The notes under the pieces: generated by a model | The model's database searches: none | What the model was told of the DNA's origin: nothing | Seen by the model: only the letters and a program-made list of their open reading frames with translations | Source of the DNA: an uncultured Acidobacteriota bacterium | GTDB taxonomy: Bacteria > Acidobacteriota > Thermoanaerobaculia > Gp7-AA8 | Direction of reading: 5' to 3' | NCBI GenBank assembly: GCA_963741955.1 | Contig: CAVUKB010000009.1 | Span: 53,165 to 117,164, forward strand | Length of the DNA: 64,000 nt | Translations under genes and position numbers: made by a program | Shown here: positions 19,991 to 29,240 of the stretch, piece by piece | Position numbering within the stretch: the first letter of the stretch is position 1 | Layout of the letters: the number at the start of each line of letters is the position of its first letter

Positions 19991-21660
19991 GTGTCGAAGT
20001 CGCGCGGGAGCGCATCGAGCGTGAGGAGTGGATCGGACGCATCTGGAAGAAGGATGCGACGGTCTGGAAAAGCGAGCCTGAACACCGGGACGTGATCTCG
20101 AACGCACTCGGGTGGCTCGATGTGGTTCCGGTGATGCTCGGCCGGCTCGACGAGCTGACCTCGTTCGCCGCCGAGGCGCGCAGCTCGTTCGATCATGTGG
20201 TGGTGTTGGGGATGGGAGGCTCGAGCCTCTGCGCGGAGGTCTTCCGCACCGCCTTCGGTCCCCGCGACGGATGGCCGTTGCTTCACGTTCTCGATTCGAC
20301 CGTTCCTGCAGCGGTCCGCGGGCTCGAAGCGGGACTCGACCTCGAGCGCACTCTGTTCGTCGTCGTGTCGAAATCGGGCACCACCACCGAGCCGCAGATG
20401 TTCTATCGCTACTTCTTCGATCGTCTCCGCTCGACGCGCGGGGATCGAGCCGGGGAGAACTTCGTCGCCATCACCGATCCGGGGACGAAACTCGAAGAAG
20501 AGGCGGAGCGCGATCATTTTCGCCGGACCTTTCTCAACTTCACCGATATCGGAGGCCGCTATTCGGTCCTCTCCTATTTCGGGATGGTTCCTGCCGCGAT
20601 TTCGGGAGTGGACGTGAAGTCGATCCTCGACTCCGCGGCCAGCGCTCGGGTGAGCTGCCAGCATTCACGATTGGAGGCGAACCCCGGTGCGGCGCTCGGG
20701 GCGTGGATGGCCGGCAACGCGCAGGAAGGGCGTGACAAGCTCACCATCGTCACCGGCCCCACTCTCGGCTCGCTCGGTCTCTGGATCGAGCAGCTGATCG
20801 CCGAAAGTACCGGGAAGGAAGGCCACGGAATTCTTCCGATCGCTACCGAGCCGATCGAGGGAGCCGATCAGTACGGGAAGGACCGTGCGTTCGCCTTCGT
20901 GCGGCTGGCGGACGAGAAGGAAGGAGATCTTCCCGAGCGGATTGCTGAGATCGAAAAGGAGGGCCACCCGGTGTTGCGGCGATCGCTCGGTTCGCTGGCG
21001 GAGCTCGGAGCGGAGTTCTTCACCTGGGAATTCGCCACAGCCGTTGCCGGCGCCGTTCTCGGCATCGACGCGTTCGATCAGCCGAACGTTCAGGAGTCGA
21101 AGGACCGGACCCGGAAGCTGCTCGCCGAGTTCGATCAGACGGGAGCACTCGCCCAGCCTCCGCTCGTCGCAGAGGGGAGAGGAATCCGCATCCAGAGCGA
21201 GCGGAAGCCACCCGCCGCCGGGACCAGCGTGACGGACGCCCTGCATCAGTTCATCGAACAGTCGGGCGAAGGCGATTTCGTGGCGTTCATGGAGTACATC
21301 GCCGAATCGGCGGAGCGGGACGCGATCATCGCTTCGATGCGCCGGGACGTGATGCGCTGCCGCAAGCTCGCCACGACGTCGGGCTATGGCCCGCGCTTCC
21401 TTCATTCGACCGGTCAGTTCCACAAGGGAGGGCCGAACGAAGGGGTGTTCATTCAGCTCACCTCGGATGACGAGGAGCTGCCGATTCCGGGCGAAAAGTT
21501 CGGCTTCGCGGTGCTCAAAGAGGCGCAGGCGCTGGGCGACTTCGCCGCGCTGGTCGCTCACGGAAGACGCGCGATCCGGGTGCATCTGGGCGGCGACGCG
21601 ACCGCCGGCCTGAAGACGTTCGCGCATCTTCTCGGCCAGGCCGTCGCGTCGAACCGCTGA
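19987..21660 (+). CDS. pgi: Glucose-6-phosphate isomerase (type usually fused to Tal)
   Basis: GMGGSSL, SKSGTTTE, GGRYSVLS, EQLIAESTGKEG, FDQPNVQESK and YGPRFLHSTGQFHKGG motifs. Confidence 0.93.
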   Translation: MSVEVARERIEREEWIGRIWKKDATVWKSEPEHRDVISNALGWLDVVPVMLGRLDELTSFAAEARSSFDHVVVLGMGGSSLCAEVFRTAFGPRDGWPLLHVLDSTVPAAVRGLEAGLDLERTLFVVVSKSGTTTEPQMFYRYFFDRLRSTRGDRAGENFVAITDPGTKLEEEAERDHFRRTFLNFTDIGGRYSVLSYFGMVPAAISGVDVKSILDSAASARVSCQHSRLEANPGAALGAWMAGNAQEGRDKLTIVTGPTLGSLGLWIEQLIAESTGKEGHGILPIATEPIEGADQYGKDRAFAFVRLADEKEGDLPERIAEIEKEGHPVLRRSLGSLAELGAEFFTWEFATAVAGAVLGIDAFDQPNVQESKDRTRKLLAEFDQTGALAQPPLVAEGRGIRIQSERKPPAAGTSVTDALHQFIEQSGEGDFVAFMEYIAESAERDAIIASMRRDVMRCRKLATTSGYGPRFLHSTGQFHKGGPNEGVFIQLTSDDEELPIPGEKFGFAVLKEAQALGDFAALVAHGRRAIRVHLGGDATAGLKTFAHLLGQAVASNR

Positions 21661-21710
21661 TCCACGCGCCGCTCATCGGCGCAAAGAGAAGACCGACAGG
21701 AGGAAAATCG

Positions 21711-23156
21711 ATGCCGGAGACGAATCAGCCCCAGGCGCGCTTCGGAATGATCGGACTCGGAGTGATGGGTGCGAACCTCGCCCTGAACGTGCACGATCAC
21801 GGATTCCCGGTTGCGGTGTGGAATCTCGAGAGCGAGTGGGTCGACCGCTTCATCGCCGAGCATGGGAGTGGCGGCGGATTCACCGGCACCACGACCTTCG
21901 AGGAATTCGTCGCTGCGCTCGAGCGCCCCCGCCGGATCATGATGATGATCAAAGCGGGATCGCCGGTCGATCAGACCATCGCGAAGATCGCACCGCTGCT
22001 CGACGAAGGCGACGTTCTCGTCGACGGCGGCAACTCCTGGTTTCGCGACACCCAGCTCCGCGAGGCCGCGCTGCGCCCGAAGAAGATCCACTTCGTCGGA
22101 TGCGGCGTTTCGGGAGGCGAGGAAGGTGCTCGCCGCGGACCTTCGATGATGCCCGGAGGATCGGTGAGCTCGTGGCAGAGCCTCGCTCCGGTGTTCGAGG
22201 CGATCGCCGCGAAGACCGAGTCCGGTCCCTGCGTGACTCACGTCGGCCCGGACGGAGCGGGACACTTCGTGAAGATGGTCCACAACGGGATCGAATACGG
22301 TGACATGCAGTTGATCGCCGAGATGTACGACCTTCTGCGGAACGCGCTGGGAGCGGATGCGGGGAGGCTCGCCGAGATTTTCGCAGAGTGGAACCAGGGA
22401 CCTCTCGAGTCGTTTCTGATCGAGATCACTGCCCGGATTTTCCGCGCGACCGATCCCGAGACGGGGAGACCGCTGGTCGACCTGGTTCTCGACCGCGCCG
22501 GGCAGAAGGGGACCGGAAAGTGGACCGCGCAGGTCGCGCTCGACCTCGCGGTGCCGGTTCCGACCATCGCTGCAGCGATCGACGCGCGGGTCCTCTCGAG
22601 CATGAAGGACGAGCGCGTCGCAGCGAGCCGGATGCTGCAGGGACCGCGGCGCGACGGCTCGATCCCGCCGGCAGAACAGATCATCGCGGACGCCCACAAC
22701 GCCCTCTTCGGTGCGAAGATCTGCACGTACGCCCAGGGCATGGCACTGATTGCCGCCGGTTCGCGGGAGTACTCATGGGGCGTTTCGCTCCGGGAGATGG
22801 CGAGAATCTGGAAGGGCGGCTGCATCATCCGGGCGAAATTTCTCGATTCGATCATGCGCGCCTACGAACGCGATCCGGAACTGCCGAACCTCCTCGTCGA
22901 CCGCGATTTCACCGGCGTTCTTCAGCAGACCCAGGCCGGATGGCGGCGTACTCTCGGGCTGGCTCAGACGCTCGGAATTCCGATGCCCGCCCTTTCGGCG
23001 AGTCTCGCGTACTTCGACAGCTACCGCACGGCGAAGCTCCCGCAGAACCTCACTCAGGCCCAGCGCGACTACTTTGGAGCGCACACCTACGAGCGCGCCG
23101 ATCATCCGGAGCGGGGATTCGTGCATACGGAGTGGTCGGACCTGATCGGGAAGTGA
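21711..23156 (+). CDS. gnd: NADP-dependent 6-phosphogluconate dehydrogenase
   Basis: GLGVMG, DGGNS, GVSGGEEGA, HFVKMVHNGIEYGDMQLI and QAQRDYFGAHTY motifs. Confidence 0.97.
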   Translation: MPETNQPQARFGMIGLGVMGANLALNVHDHGFPVAVWNLESEWVDRFIAEHGSGGGFTGTTTFEEFVAALERPRRIMMMIKAGSPVDQTIAKIAPLLDEGDVLVDGGNSWFRDTQLREAALRPKKIHFVGCGVSGGEEGARRGPSMMPGGSVSSWQSLAPVFEAIAAKTESGPCVTHVGPDGAGHFVKMVHNGIEYGDMQLIAEMYDLLRNALGADAGRLAEIFAEWNQGPLESFLIEITARIFRATDPETGRPLVDLVLDRAGQKGTGKWTAQVALDLAVPVPTIAAAIDARVLSSMKDERVAASRMLQGPRRDGSIPPAEQIIADAHNALFGAKICTYAQGMALIAAGSREYSWGVSLREMARIWKGGCIIRAKFLDSIMRAYERDPELPNLLVDRDFTGVLQQTQAGWRRTLGLAQTLGIPMPALSASLAYFDSYRTAKLPQNLTQAQRDYFGAHTYERADHPERGFVHTEWSDLIGK

Positions 23157-23225
23157 GATGGACGAAATCGACTGAGTGGATGGCGAGCGCGGATCGCAGG
23201 GAATGAAGGCGCCCATCTTCCTCCC

Positions 23226-23632
23226 TCTCGTCTCCCGCCTCTCGTCTCTCGTCTCTCGTCTCTCGTCTCTCGCCTCCCGCCTCTCGTCTCTCGTCTCTCG
23301 TCTCTCGCCTCTCGTCTCTCGCCCCTCGTCTCTCGTCTCTCGCCCCTCGTCTCCCGTCCCGAGCCCCGAGCCCCGAGCCCCGAGCCTCGCGTCTCCCGCG
23401 TCTCCCGCCTCTCGCCTCTCGTCTCTCGTCTCTCGCCTCTCGTCTCTCGCCCCGAGCCCCGCGCCTCGAGCCTCGCGTCTCCCGCGTCTCCCGCCTCTCG
23501 CCTCTCGCCTCTCGTCTCTCGCCTCTCGTCTCTCGCCCCGAGCCCCGAGCCTCGAGCCTCGAGCCTCGCGTCTTCCGTCCCTCGTCTCTCGCCTCTCGCC
23601 TCTCGCCTCTCGCCTCTCGCCTCTCGCGTCTC
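23226..23632. repeat. Degenerate heptamer tandem repeat array (TCTCGTC / TCTCGCC / CCCGAGC units)
   Basis: About 400 bp of near-continuous 7-nt units, strongly pyrimidine-biased on the plus strand. Confidence 0.92.
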
Positions 23633-23646
23633 CCATCACCCCTCGA

Positions 23647-23662
23647 TGTGACCGAAGTCATA
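23647..23662 (+). promoter_or_regulatory. Crp/Fnr box upstream of the radical SAM gene
   Basis: TGTGA-ccgaag-TCATA, with a TCACC half-site 22 bp upstream. Confidence 0.7.
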
Positions 23663-23694
23663 CCGCGGCGCTTCCCCTCGGGGTTTCATGAGCC

Positions 23695-24942
23695 ATGATG
23701 AACGGAGTGGAGCTCGAGATCGAGCTGTTCTGTCGCGGGATGCGGATCGATGCTTCCTGCCACGTCGACGAAGATGGCCGGCGGATCGCGCGAACCCGCG
23801 CCGGCCTCGGGTCGGGCCTCGAGATCGTGATCCCCACCCGCCGGAAGAAGATCTGGCTGAACGTCCCGGTGACCGAATGGTTCGCCGAAGACTCTCCGTT
23901 CCTCCTGGTCCGGAGCGACGGCGGAGGCTATCTCGTCCGTGACGGTCGCGACGGGACGGAGTACCCGGTGGAGATCCCTCGCGAGCCGGTCTGGTATTCG
24001 CGACGCACCTCGTCGGGAGTGGAGATGTGCCGGGTGGGCGTGCTGCAGGGAAACTATCTCGGCGTTTACGTACTCTCGAGCTGCATGTACTGGAACCTCT
24101 CCACCTCGGAGGCGTGCAAGTTCTGCACGACCGGGAAGAACGTCGGCGCGAACGAGGAATCGAGAAAGCGGCTCTCGGACGTGATCGAGACCGCGAAGGC
24201 GGCGCGCGCCGAATCGGGATCGGTCTTCACGCATCTGAACACCGGCTACCACTTCGAAGAGGACGATCGGAAATCGGCAGTACACGGGTTGAATCAGTGT
24301 CTTCCGTACGTGGAAGCGATCCGGCGGGAAGTCGGAGGATTCATCGGGGTGCAGGCGATGCCGGTGCCGCGACGGATGTACGAGGACTACGACCGGCTGA
24401 TCGACGCGGGAACGGATCACTTCTCGTTCTGCTACGAGTTCGAGGACGAAGAGGCGTTCGCACGCCTCTGTCCGGGGAAGGCCCGCACGCACGGCCAGCG
24501 CTCGTTCTTCGAAGCGATGGACTACACCGCAGGAAAGCTCGGAAAAGGGCGGGTCTCGGGAGAGATCATTGCCGGGCTGGAACCGATCGAAGCGACCATG
24601 CGCGGGATCGACCGGATCGTCGGAGCGGGAGCATTTCCGACCGTCTGCATCTTCCGGCCGACCGCCGGAAGCGAGCTCGAGCACACGCCGCCTCCCGATC
24701 CGGGGGCGATGAAGGAGGTCTTCGCGCACCTGCATGAAGCGTGTCGCGATGCGGGGATTCCGGTCGGCGTTCTCCCGATCGAGGTCTCTCTGGTGGTCCA
24801 GCCGGAAGAGACGATCGACCTGGTGGAACCGAACCTCAAGTCGGCGTTCTACGACTGGAAGAACGGAGTTCTGCGCACGCTGGCACGCCCGTACGTCTCC
24901 TGGAAGATGCGACCCCGAGCGATCTCCGGAACCGCGGCCTGA
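23695..24942 (+). CDS. Radical SAM protein with non-canonical CX10CX2C motif
   Basis: CMYWNLSTSEACKFC, later SGEIIAGLE and FRP motifs. Resembles MSMEG_0568-like/biotin-synthase-related radical SAM proteins. Confidence 0.85.
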   Translation: MMNGVELEIELFCRGMRIDASCHVDEDGRRIARTRAGLGSGLEIVIPTRRKKIWLNVPVTEWFAEDSPFLLVRSDGGGYLVRDGRDGTEYPVEIPREPVWYSRRTSSGVEMCRVGVLQGNYLGVYVLSSCMYWNLSTSEACKFCTTGKNVGANEESRKRLSDVIETAKAARAESGSVFTHLNTGYHFEEDDRKSAVHGLNQCLPYVEAIRREVGGFIGVQAMPVPRRMYEDYDRLIDAGTDHFSFCYEFEDEEAFARLCPGKARTHGQRSFFEAMDYTAGKLGKGRVSGEIIAGLEPIEATMRGIDRIVGAGAFPTVCIFRPTAGSELEHTPPPDPGAMKEVFAHLHEACRDAGIPVGVLPIEVSLVVQPEETIDLVEPNLKSAFYDWKNGVLRTLARPYVSWKMRPRAISGTAA

Positions 24943-25048
24943 GCCTCTCCGCTGCCGATCGCCGAGCCCGAGAATGGAATCGGAAACGAGCCTGTTCTCA
25001 CGGGCGGACGGTAGTGCTAGTATCTGACCGCTTAAGGAACGCTCGGCC

Positions 25049-25768
25049 ATGCACGCTCCCTACAATCTCGAAATCACCGACAGCTGTTCGAAGTGCCGGC
25101 TGCGGGCAGAGAAGATTTTCTGCCAGCTTTCGCCGACGGCCCTCGAAGCGCTCGAAGCACTCAAGTTCACGAGCGTTTATCCGGCGGGCTCTCTCCTGTT
25201 CGTGCAGGGTCAGGCTCCTCGCGGGATCTTCATTCTGTGCAGCGGGCGGGTGAAGGTATCGACCTGCTCGAACGACGGAAAAACGCTGATTCTGAAAATC
25301 GCGAACGAAGGTGATGTTCTCGGCCTCAGCTCCGCGATTCTGGAACGCCCGTACGAAGTTTCGGCCGAGACGGTCGAACCCTCACAGGTCAACTTCGTCA
25401 AGCGTGAGGATTTTCTCCGCTTTCTCTCCGAATACGGTGATGCATGTCTCCACGCCGCGCAGCAGCTCAGCGAGAGCTACCATTCCGCGCAGAAGGAGAT
25501 TCGCTCGCTGGGCCTGTCGCAGTCGGCGTCCGAAAAGCTCGCCCGTCTTCTTCTCGAGTGGGCGGACGGCGGCACCTCTCGCCCCGAAGGCGACATTCGC
25601 GTGAAGCTGTTCCTCACCCACGAGGAGATCGCGCAGATGATCGGCAGCTCGCGCGAAACGGTGACCCGCCTGCTGAGTGACTTCAAGAAGCGCGACATCA
25701 TTCAGATCAAGGGCTCCACGCTCCTGATCCGGGATCGCGATCAGCTCGAAGAAATGCTCAACAGCTGA
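25049..25768 (+). CDS. Crp/Fnr family regulator with N-terminal Cys cluster
   Basis: CSKCRLRAEKIFC N-terminus, cNMP-binding fold, HTH LTHEEIAQMIGSSRETVTRLLSDF. Confidence 0.93.
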   Translation: MHAPYNLEITDSCSKCRLRAEKIFCQLSPTALEALEALKFTSVYPAGSLLFVQGQAPRGIFILCSGRVKVSTCSNDGKTLILKIANEGDVLGLSSAILERPYEVSAETVEPSQVNFVKREDFLRFLSEYGDACLHAAQQLSESYHSAQKEIRSLGLSQSASEKLARLLLEWADGGTSRPEGDIRVKLFLTHEEIAQMIGSSRETVTRLLSDFKKRDIIQIKGSTLLIRDRDQLEEMLNS

Positions 25769-25795
25769 GAGGATGCTCGCACGAGCAGACGCACG

Positions 25796-25828
25796 ACGCC
25801 GCGCAACCCAGCGCGGCGTTTTCGTTTC
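25796..25828 (+). terminator. Intrinsic terminator
   Basis: ACGCCGCGC-aaccca-GCGCGGCGT followed by TTTCGTTT. Confidence 0.7.
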
Positions 25829-25879
25829 TATATAGCCGTTTATCTCGATCGCTCCTGTGTCGCGCATCGCGATTCCGCG

Positions 25880-25944
25880 TGAGGCAGGAGTCACGCTCCG
25901 CTGTATCAGTTGTCACAGCGGCTGCAGAGTGGGCTCCGTAAGCT
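25880..25944 (+). promoter_or_regulatory. Tandem Crp/Fnr boxes with -10 element
   Basis: TGAGG-caggag-TCACG (25880) and TGTAT-cagttg-TCACA (25902), 22 bp apart. -10 TAAGCT at 25939 puts the proximal box at -41.5. Confidence 0.65.
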
Positions 25945-25966
25945 TCGCGCAGTGGTCGAGAAAGCC

Positions 25967-26422
25967 ATGGAACCCCTGACTTGCATCATCCGAAACGCTC
26001 TCTCCGAGCCTTCAGATCAGACGCTCGCGACGCTTGATTCGCTCAAGAAGACGCACGTCTATCAACCGGGAGACCGGCTGTTCACGGAAGGCGAACAACC
26101 TCGTGCGGTCTACGTCGTCTGCAGCGGATCGGTGCGCCTCTTCCTTTCGTCCGGCCAGGGCCGCATGCTCGACCTGCGTACCACTGAAGCCGGCGAGATC
26201 CTCGGTCTGACGTCGGTACTCGCGGACCGTCCCTACGACATGACTGCGGAAGTCGTGGAGCCTTCGAAGATCGGGATCATCGATCGGGAAGAGATTCTCT
26301 CCTTCTTCAGCTCTCAGAACGACGTCGGCATCCGTATTCTCGAGATCCTCAGCAAGGACGTCCACAACTGCTACGAGCTGGTGCGCAGTTTCAGCGAAAA
26401 GGGCCACCGTCACCGCATGTGA
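25967..26422 (+). CDS. Stand-alone cNMP-binding domain protein (Crp-like, no HTH)
   Basis: LFTEGEQPRAVYVVCSGSVRL and GEILGLTSVLADRPYDMTAE; ends before any HTH. Paralogous to the upstream Crp/Fnr sensor domain. Confidence 0.85.
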   Translation: MEPLTCIIRNALSEPSDQTLATLDSLKKTHVYQPGDRLFTEGEQPRAVYVVCSGSVRLFLSSGQGRMLDLRTTEAGEILGLTSVLADRPYDMTAEVVEPSKIGIIDREEILSFFSSQNDVGIRILEILSKDVHNCYELVRSFSEKGHRHRM

Positions 26423-26482
26423 CCCGAGTCACAGCGGGGGGTGACTCGCTTCCTTCGACGCTCCGGGAGAGAGTTCTACGAT
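26418..26482 (+). promoter_or_regulatory. Tandem Crp/Fnr boxes with -10 element (cytochrome c promoter)
   Basis: Perfect TGTGA-cccgag-TCACA (26418-26433), GGTGA-ctcgct-TCCTT (26440-26455), -10 TACGAT (26477-26482). Confidence 0.75.
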
Positions 26483-26558
26483 TCGATCATCGTCGCGGTG
26501 GCGGCCACCGCGGATGGAACAGCAGGCAACTTCAGAGAGATCGCAGGAGCACACACCA

Positions 26559-26900
26559 ATGGAAAAGCACACCAAAGACTGGATCGGAATCGCAATCGGA
26601 AGCCTCGCGCTCGTCGCTTTCATCTTCGTGGCCCGTCCGGCCCATGCGGCGGACAATGGCGCAACGATGTTCAAGGCGAAGTGCGTGGCCTGCCACGGCG
26701 CGGACGGCAGCGGCCAGACCGTGATGGGAAAGAAGTTCGGGATCAAGGATCTCGGATCGGCAGAGGTGCAGAAGCTCACCGATCAGCAGCTGTTCGACAT
26801 CATCTCGAAAGGCCAGAACAAAATGCCGTCCTACAGCGGCAAGATCACCGATGAAGAGATCAAGAGCCTCGTCACCTTCATCAGGACCCTCAAGAAATAA
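26559..26900 (+). CDS. Monoheme class I cytochrome c
   Basis: Signal peptide ending AHA, CVACH heme motif, KMP distal Met ligand, AGGAG RBS. Confidence 0.93.
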   Translation: MEKHTKDWIGIAIGSLALVAFIFVARPAHAADNGATMFKAKCVACHGADGSGQTVMGKKFGIKDLGSAEVQKLTDQQLFDIISKGQNKMPSYSGKITDEEIKSLVTFIRTLKK

Positions 26901-26924
26901 CTCTTCCGCGATATCCTTCTCGCT

Positions 26925-26960
26925 GAACGAGAGGCCCTCGCGGGCCTCTCGTTCTTTTTT
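26925..26960 (+). terminator. Intrinsic terminator
   Basis: GAACGAGAGGCCC-tcgc-GGGCCTCTCGTTC followed by TTTTTT. Confidence 0.85.
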
Positions 26961-27011
26961 CGGCCACCGGACTGGCGAGCGGCGATTCGAGCCGGCCCCC
27001 GACCCCCTCCG

Positions 27012-27077
27012 GGTGACCCCAGTCACACACGCCGGGTGACCCCTCTCATCGTTGATCCTGCGGCATTCCATTACTCT
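27012..27077 (+). promoter_or_regulatory. Tandem Crp/Fnr boxes with -10 element (cbcL-like promoter)
   Basis: GGTGA-ccccag-TCACA (27012), GGTGA-cccctc-TCATC (27035), -10 TACTCT (27072-27077). Confidence 0.7.
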
Positions 27078-27167
27078 CCGCGACAGGAGGGCCGAGTCTC
27101 CCGATCCTCGACTGTCTCCATCTCCATGCACGAGATTCCCTACCGAGTCGAACCCGCGGAGGCCCCA

Positions 27168-29150
27168 ATGCGCCGAATCACATCTGTCCTGGCGACGGTC
27201 GTCATGATCGCCCTGAGCGGCAGTGTTCTTGCCCAGACTCTGAGCAATGACGACTGCCTCCAGTGTCACCAGGACAACTCGCTCACCAAAGAAGTCAACG
27301 GCAAAGCCGTCAGCGTGCACGTCGATCCTTCCCGCTTCAACGGATCCGTGCACGGAGTCCTCGGCTGCACCGACTGTCACTCGGATATCACGGACTACCC
27401 GCATCCCGAAAAGGTGGCGAAAGTCGATTGCGCCAACTGTCATCCCGACTCGGTGGCGACGTACGAGAAGAGCGTGCACTTCGTTGCCATCGAGAAGGGT
27501 GACCAGAAGGCTGCGACCTGCTCGAGCTGTCATGGGGCCGCGCACGAGATCCTTCCTTCCAGCGATCCCGGCTCGCGCGTCTATCGGACCAACCTTCCGG
27601 AGACATGCGGCAGCTGCCACGGCGTGAAGTTCGTCATGGAAGGCTCGGGCTTCAGCGTGCAGCCGTTCTTCTCCTACCGCGAATCGGTTCACGGTCGCGC
27701 GGTGGCGAAAGGCTCGATGGCCGCGGCGATCTGTACCGACTGCCACGGTGGTCACGACATCCTTCCTCCCAACGACCCGAAATCGTCGATCTTCAAATTC
27801 AATGTCCCGACCACCTGCGGCAAATGCCACGAGCACATCTCGCAGGAGTACCTTGCGAGCGTCCACGGGAAAGCGGTGGCACGGGGCAACTGGCAGGCGC
27901 CGGTCTGCACCGACTGTCACGGCATTCACGCCATCAAGAACCCGGTCGATCCGGCTTCCTCGGTCACGGCGAAGGCGGTGGCCCGGACCACGTGCGCGCA
28001 ATGCCATTCGGGCGTTCGTCTGAGCCAGGAGTACGGCCTTCCCGGCAAGCGTGTCAGCACATACGAAGCGAGCTACCACGGCCTGGCCAACCAGCTCGGC
28101 TACACCGTGGCGGCGAACTGCGCGAGTTGCCACGGCATCCACAACATTCTTCCTTCTTCCGATCCGAAGTCCACCATCAACAAGGCCAATCTCACGAAGA
28201 CGTGCGGAAGCTGCCACCCCGGTGCGAACCAGAAGTTCGTCGAAGGAACCATCCACATCGAGGCCCCTGGAGCGACCGACGTCGGCTCCGTCGCGGTGAA
28301 GTGGATCCGGTACTTCTATCTCTGGATGATCGCCCTGGTCATCGGCGGAATGGTGCTGCACAACCTGATCCTCTGGATCAGCAAGATGCGCGCGATGCGC
28401 AGGAACACCGAGCGGACGGTCGTCCGGATGAACCGCACTCAGCGCATCCAGCACTTCCTCCTCCTCACCAGCTTCATCATCCTCGTCTTCACCGGGTTTG
28501 CGCTCGCCTATCCCGAGTCGTGGGTTGCGTGGCTTCTCGGATCGAGCGAACCGCTTCGCAGGAATCTGCATCGCGTCGCCGGAACTCTGATGATCGTGGT
28601 CGGCCTCTACCACGTCGGATACATGATCATGACTCGGGAAGGACGGAAGGGAATCCGGGACTTCCTCCCGAATCTCCAGGACCTTCGCGACGTCGTGGCC
28701 GTGCTGATGTACTACCTCGGCTTTTCGAAGAACCGTCCCCAGTTCGGCCGGTTCAACTACGCCGAGAAGGCTGAGTACTGGGCGCTGATCTGGGGCACCA
28801 TCGTGATGGCAGCGACCGGCCTGATGATGTGGTACAAAGTCATCGTCGGGAACCTGATCCCGCGCTGGTGGATCGACATCGCGACGGCGGTCCACTTCTA
28901 CGAGGCCATCCTCGCCACGCTGGCGATCGTGGTCTGGCATTTCTATCAGGTGATCTTCGACCCCGAGGTCTACCCCATGAATTGGGCCTGGTTCGATGGT
29001 CGCATGTCGCGAGAGCACTTTCAGCACGAGCATGGGCGCGCCTGGAAAGAGATGGAAGAAGAGAGAGTCGCAGAGGAAGAAGGACGGCAAGCCTCCGGTA
29101 CTCTGACGACGAAGCACGGAGGCGGCGAAGAGCCGATCGCTCCGAAGTGA
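27168..29150 (+). CDS. CbcL-like inner-membrane cytochrome (11 CxxCH hemes + FdnI/HydC-type cytochrome b domain)
   Basis: Signal peptide MRRITSVLA. 11 CxxCH motifs counted. C-terminal TM domain with QRIQH, LHRVAG, GRFNYAEKAEYWALIWG and VHFYEAILATLAIVVWHFY. Confidence 0.88.
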   Translation: MRRITSVLATVVMIALSGSVLAQTLSNDDCLQCHQDNSLTKEVNGKAVSVHVDPSRFNGSVHGVLGCTDCHSDITDYPHPEKVAKVDCANCHPDSVATYEKSVHFVAIEKGDQKAATCSSCHGAAHEILPSSDPGSRVYRTNLPETCGSCHGVKFVMEGSGFSVQPFFSYRESVHGRAVAKGSMAAAICTDCHGGHDILPPNDPKSSIFKFNVPTTCGKCHEHISQEYLASVHGKAVARGNWQAPVCTDCHGIHAIKNPVDPASSVTAKAVARTTCAQCHSGVRLSQEYGLPGKRVSTYEASYHGLANQLGYTVAANCASCHGIHNILPSSDPKSTINKANLTKTCGSCHPGANQKFVEGTIHIEAPGATDVGSVAVKWIRYFYLWMIALVIGGMVLHNLILWISKMRAMRRNTERTVVRMNRTQRIQHFLLLTSFIILVFTGFALAYPESWVAWLLGSSEPLRRNLHRVAGTLMIVVGLYHVGYMIMTREGRKGIRDFLPNLQDLRDVVAVLMYYLGFSKNRPQFGRFNYAEKAEYWALIWGTIVMAATGLMMWYKVIVGNLIPRWWIDIATAVHFYEAILATLAIVVWHFYQVIFDPEVYPMNWAWFDGRMSREHFQHEHGRAWKEMEEERVAEEEGRQASGTLTTKHGGGEEPIAPK

Positions 29151-29240
29151 GATGCATCCTGGCAGGGGTGTATCTGTCGTAGTGGCCGAACAGGGAGGGC
29201 GGATTCCGTCCCGAGACGATACTCGAGCAGGAGTTTTTTG

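Noticed and set aside
23226-23632. Possible CRISPR array
   Set aside because: No constant repeat with unique spacers; no cas genes.
22773-23691. Arg/Glu-rich and Ser/Leu-rich ORFs across the heptamer array
   Set aside because: Products of a stop-free 7-mer repeat; no RBS or domain.
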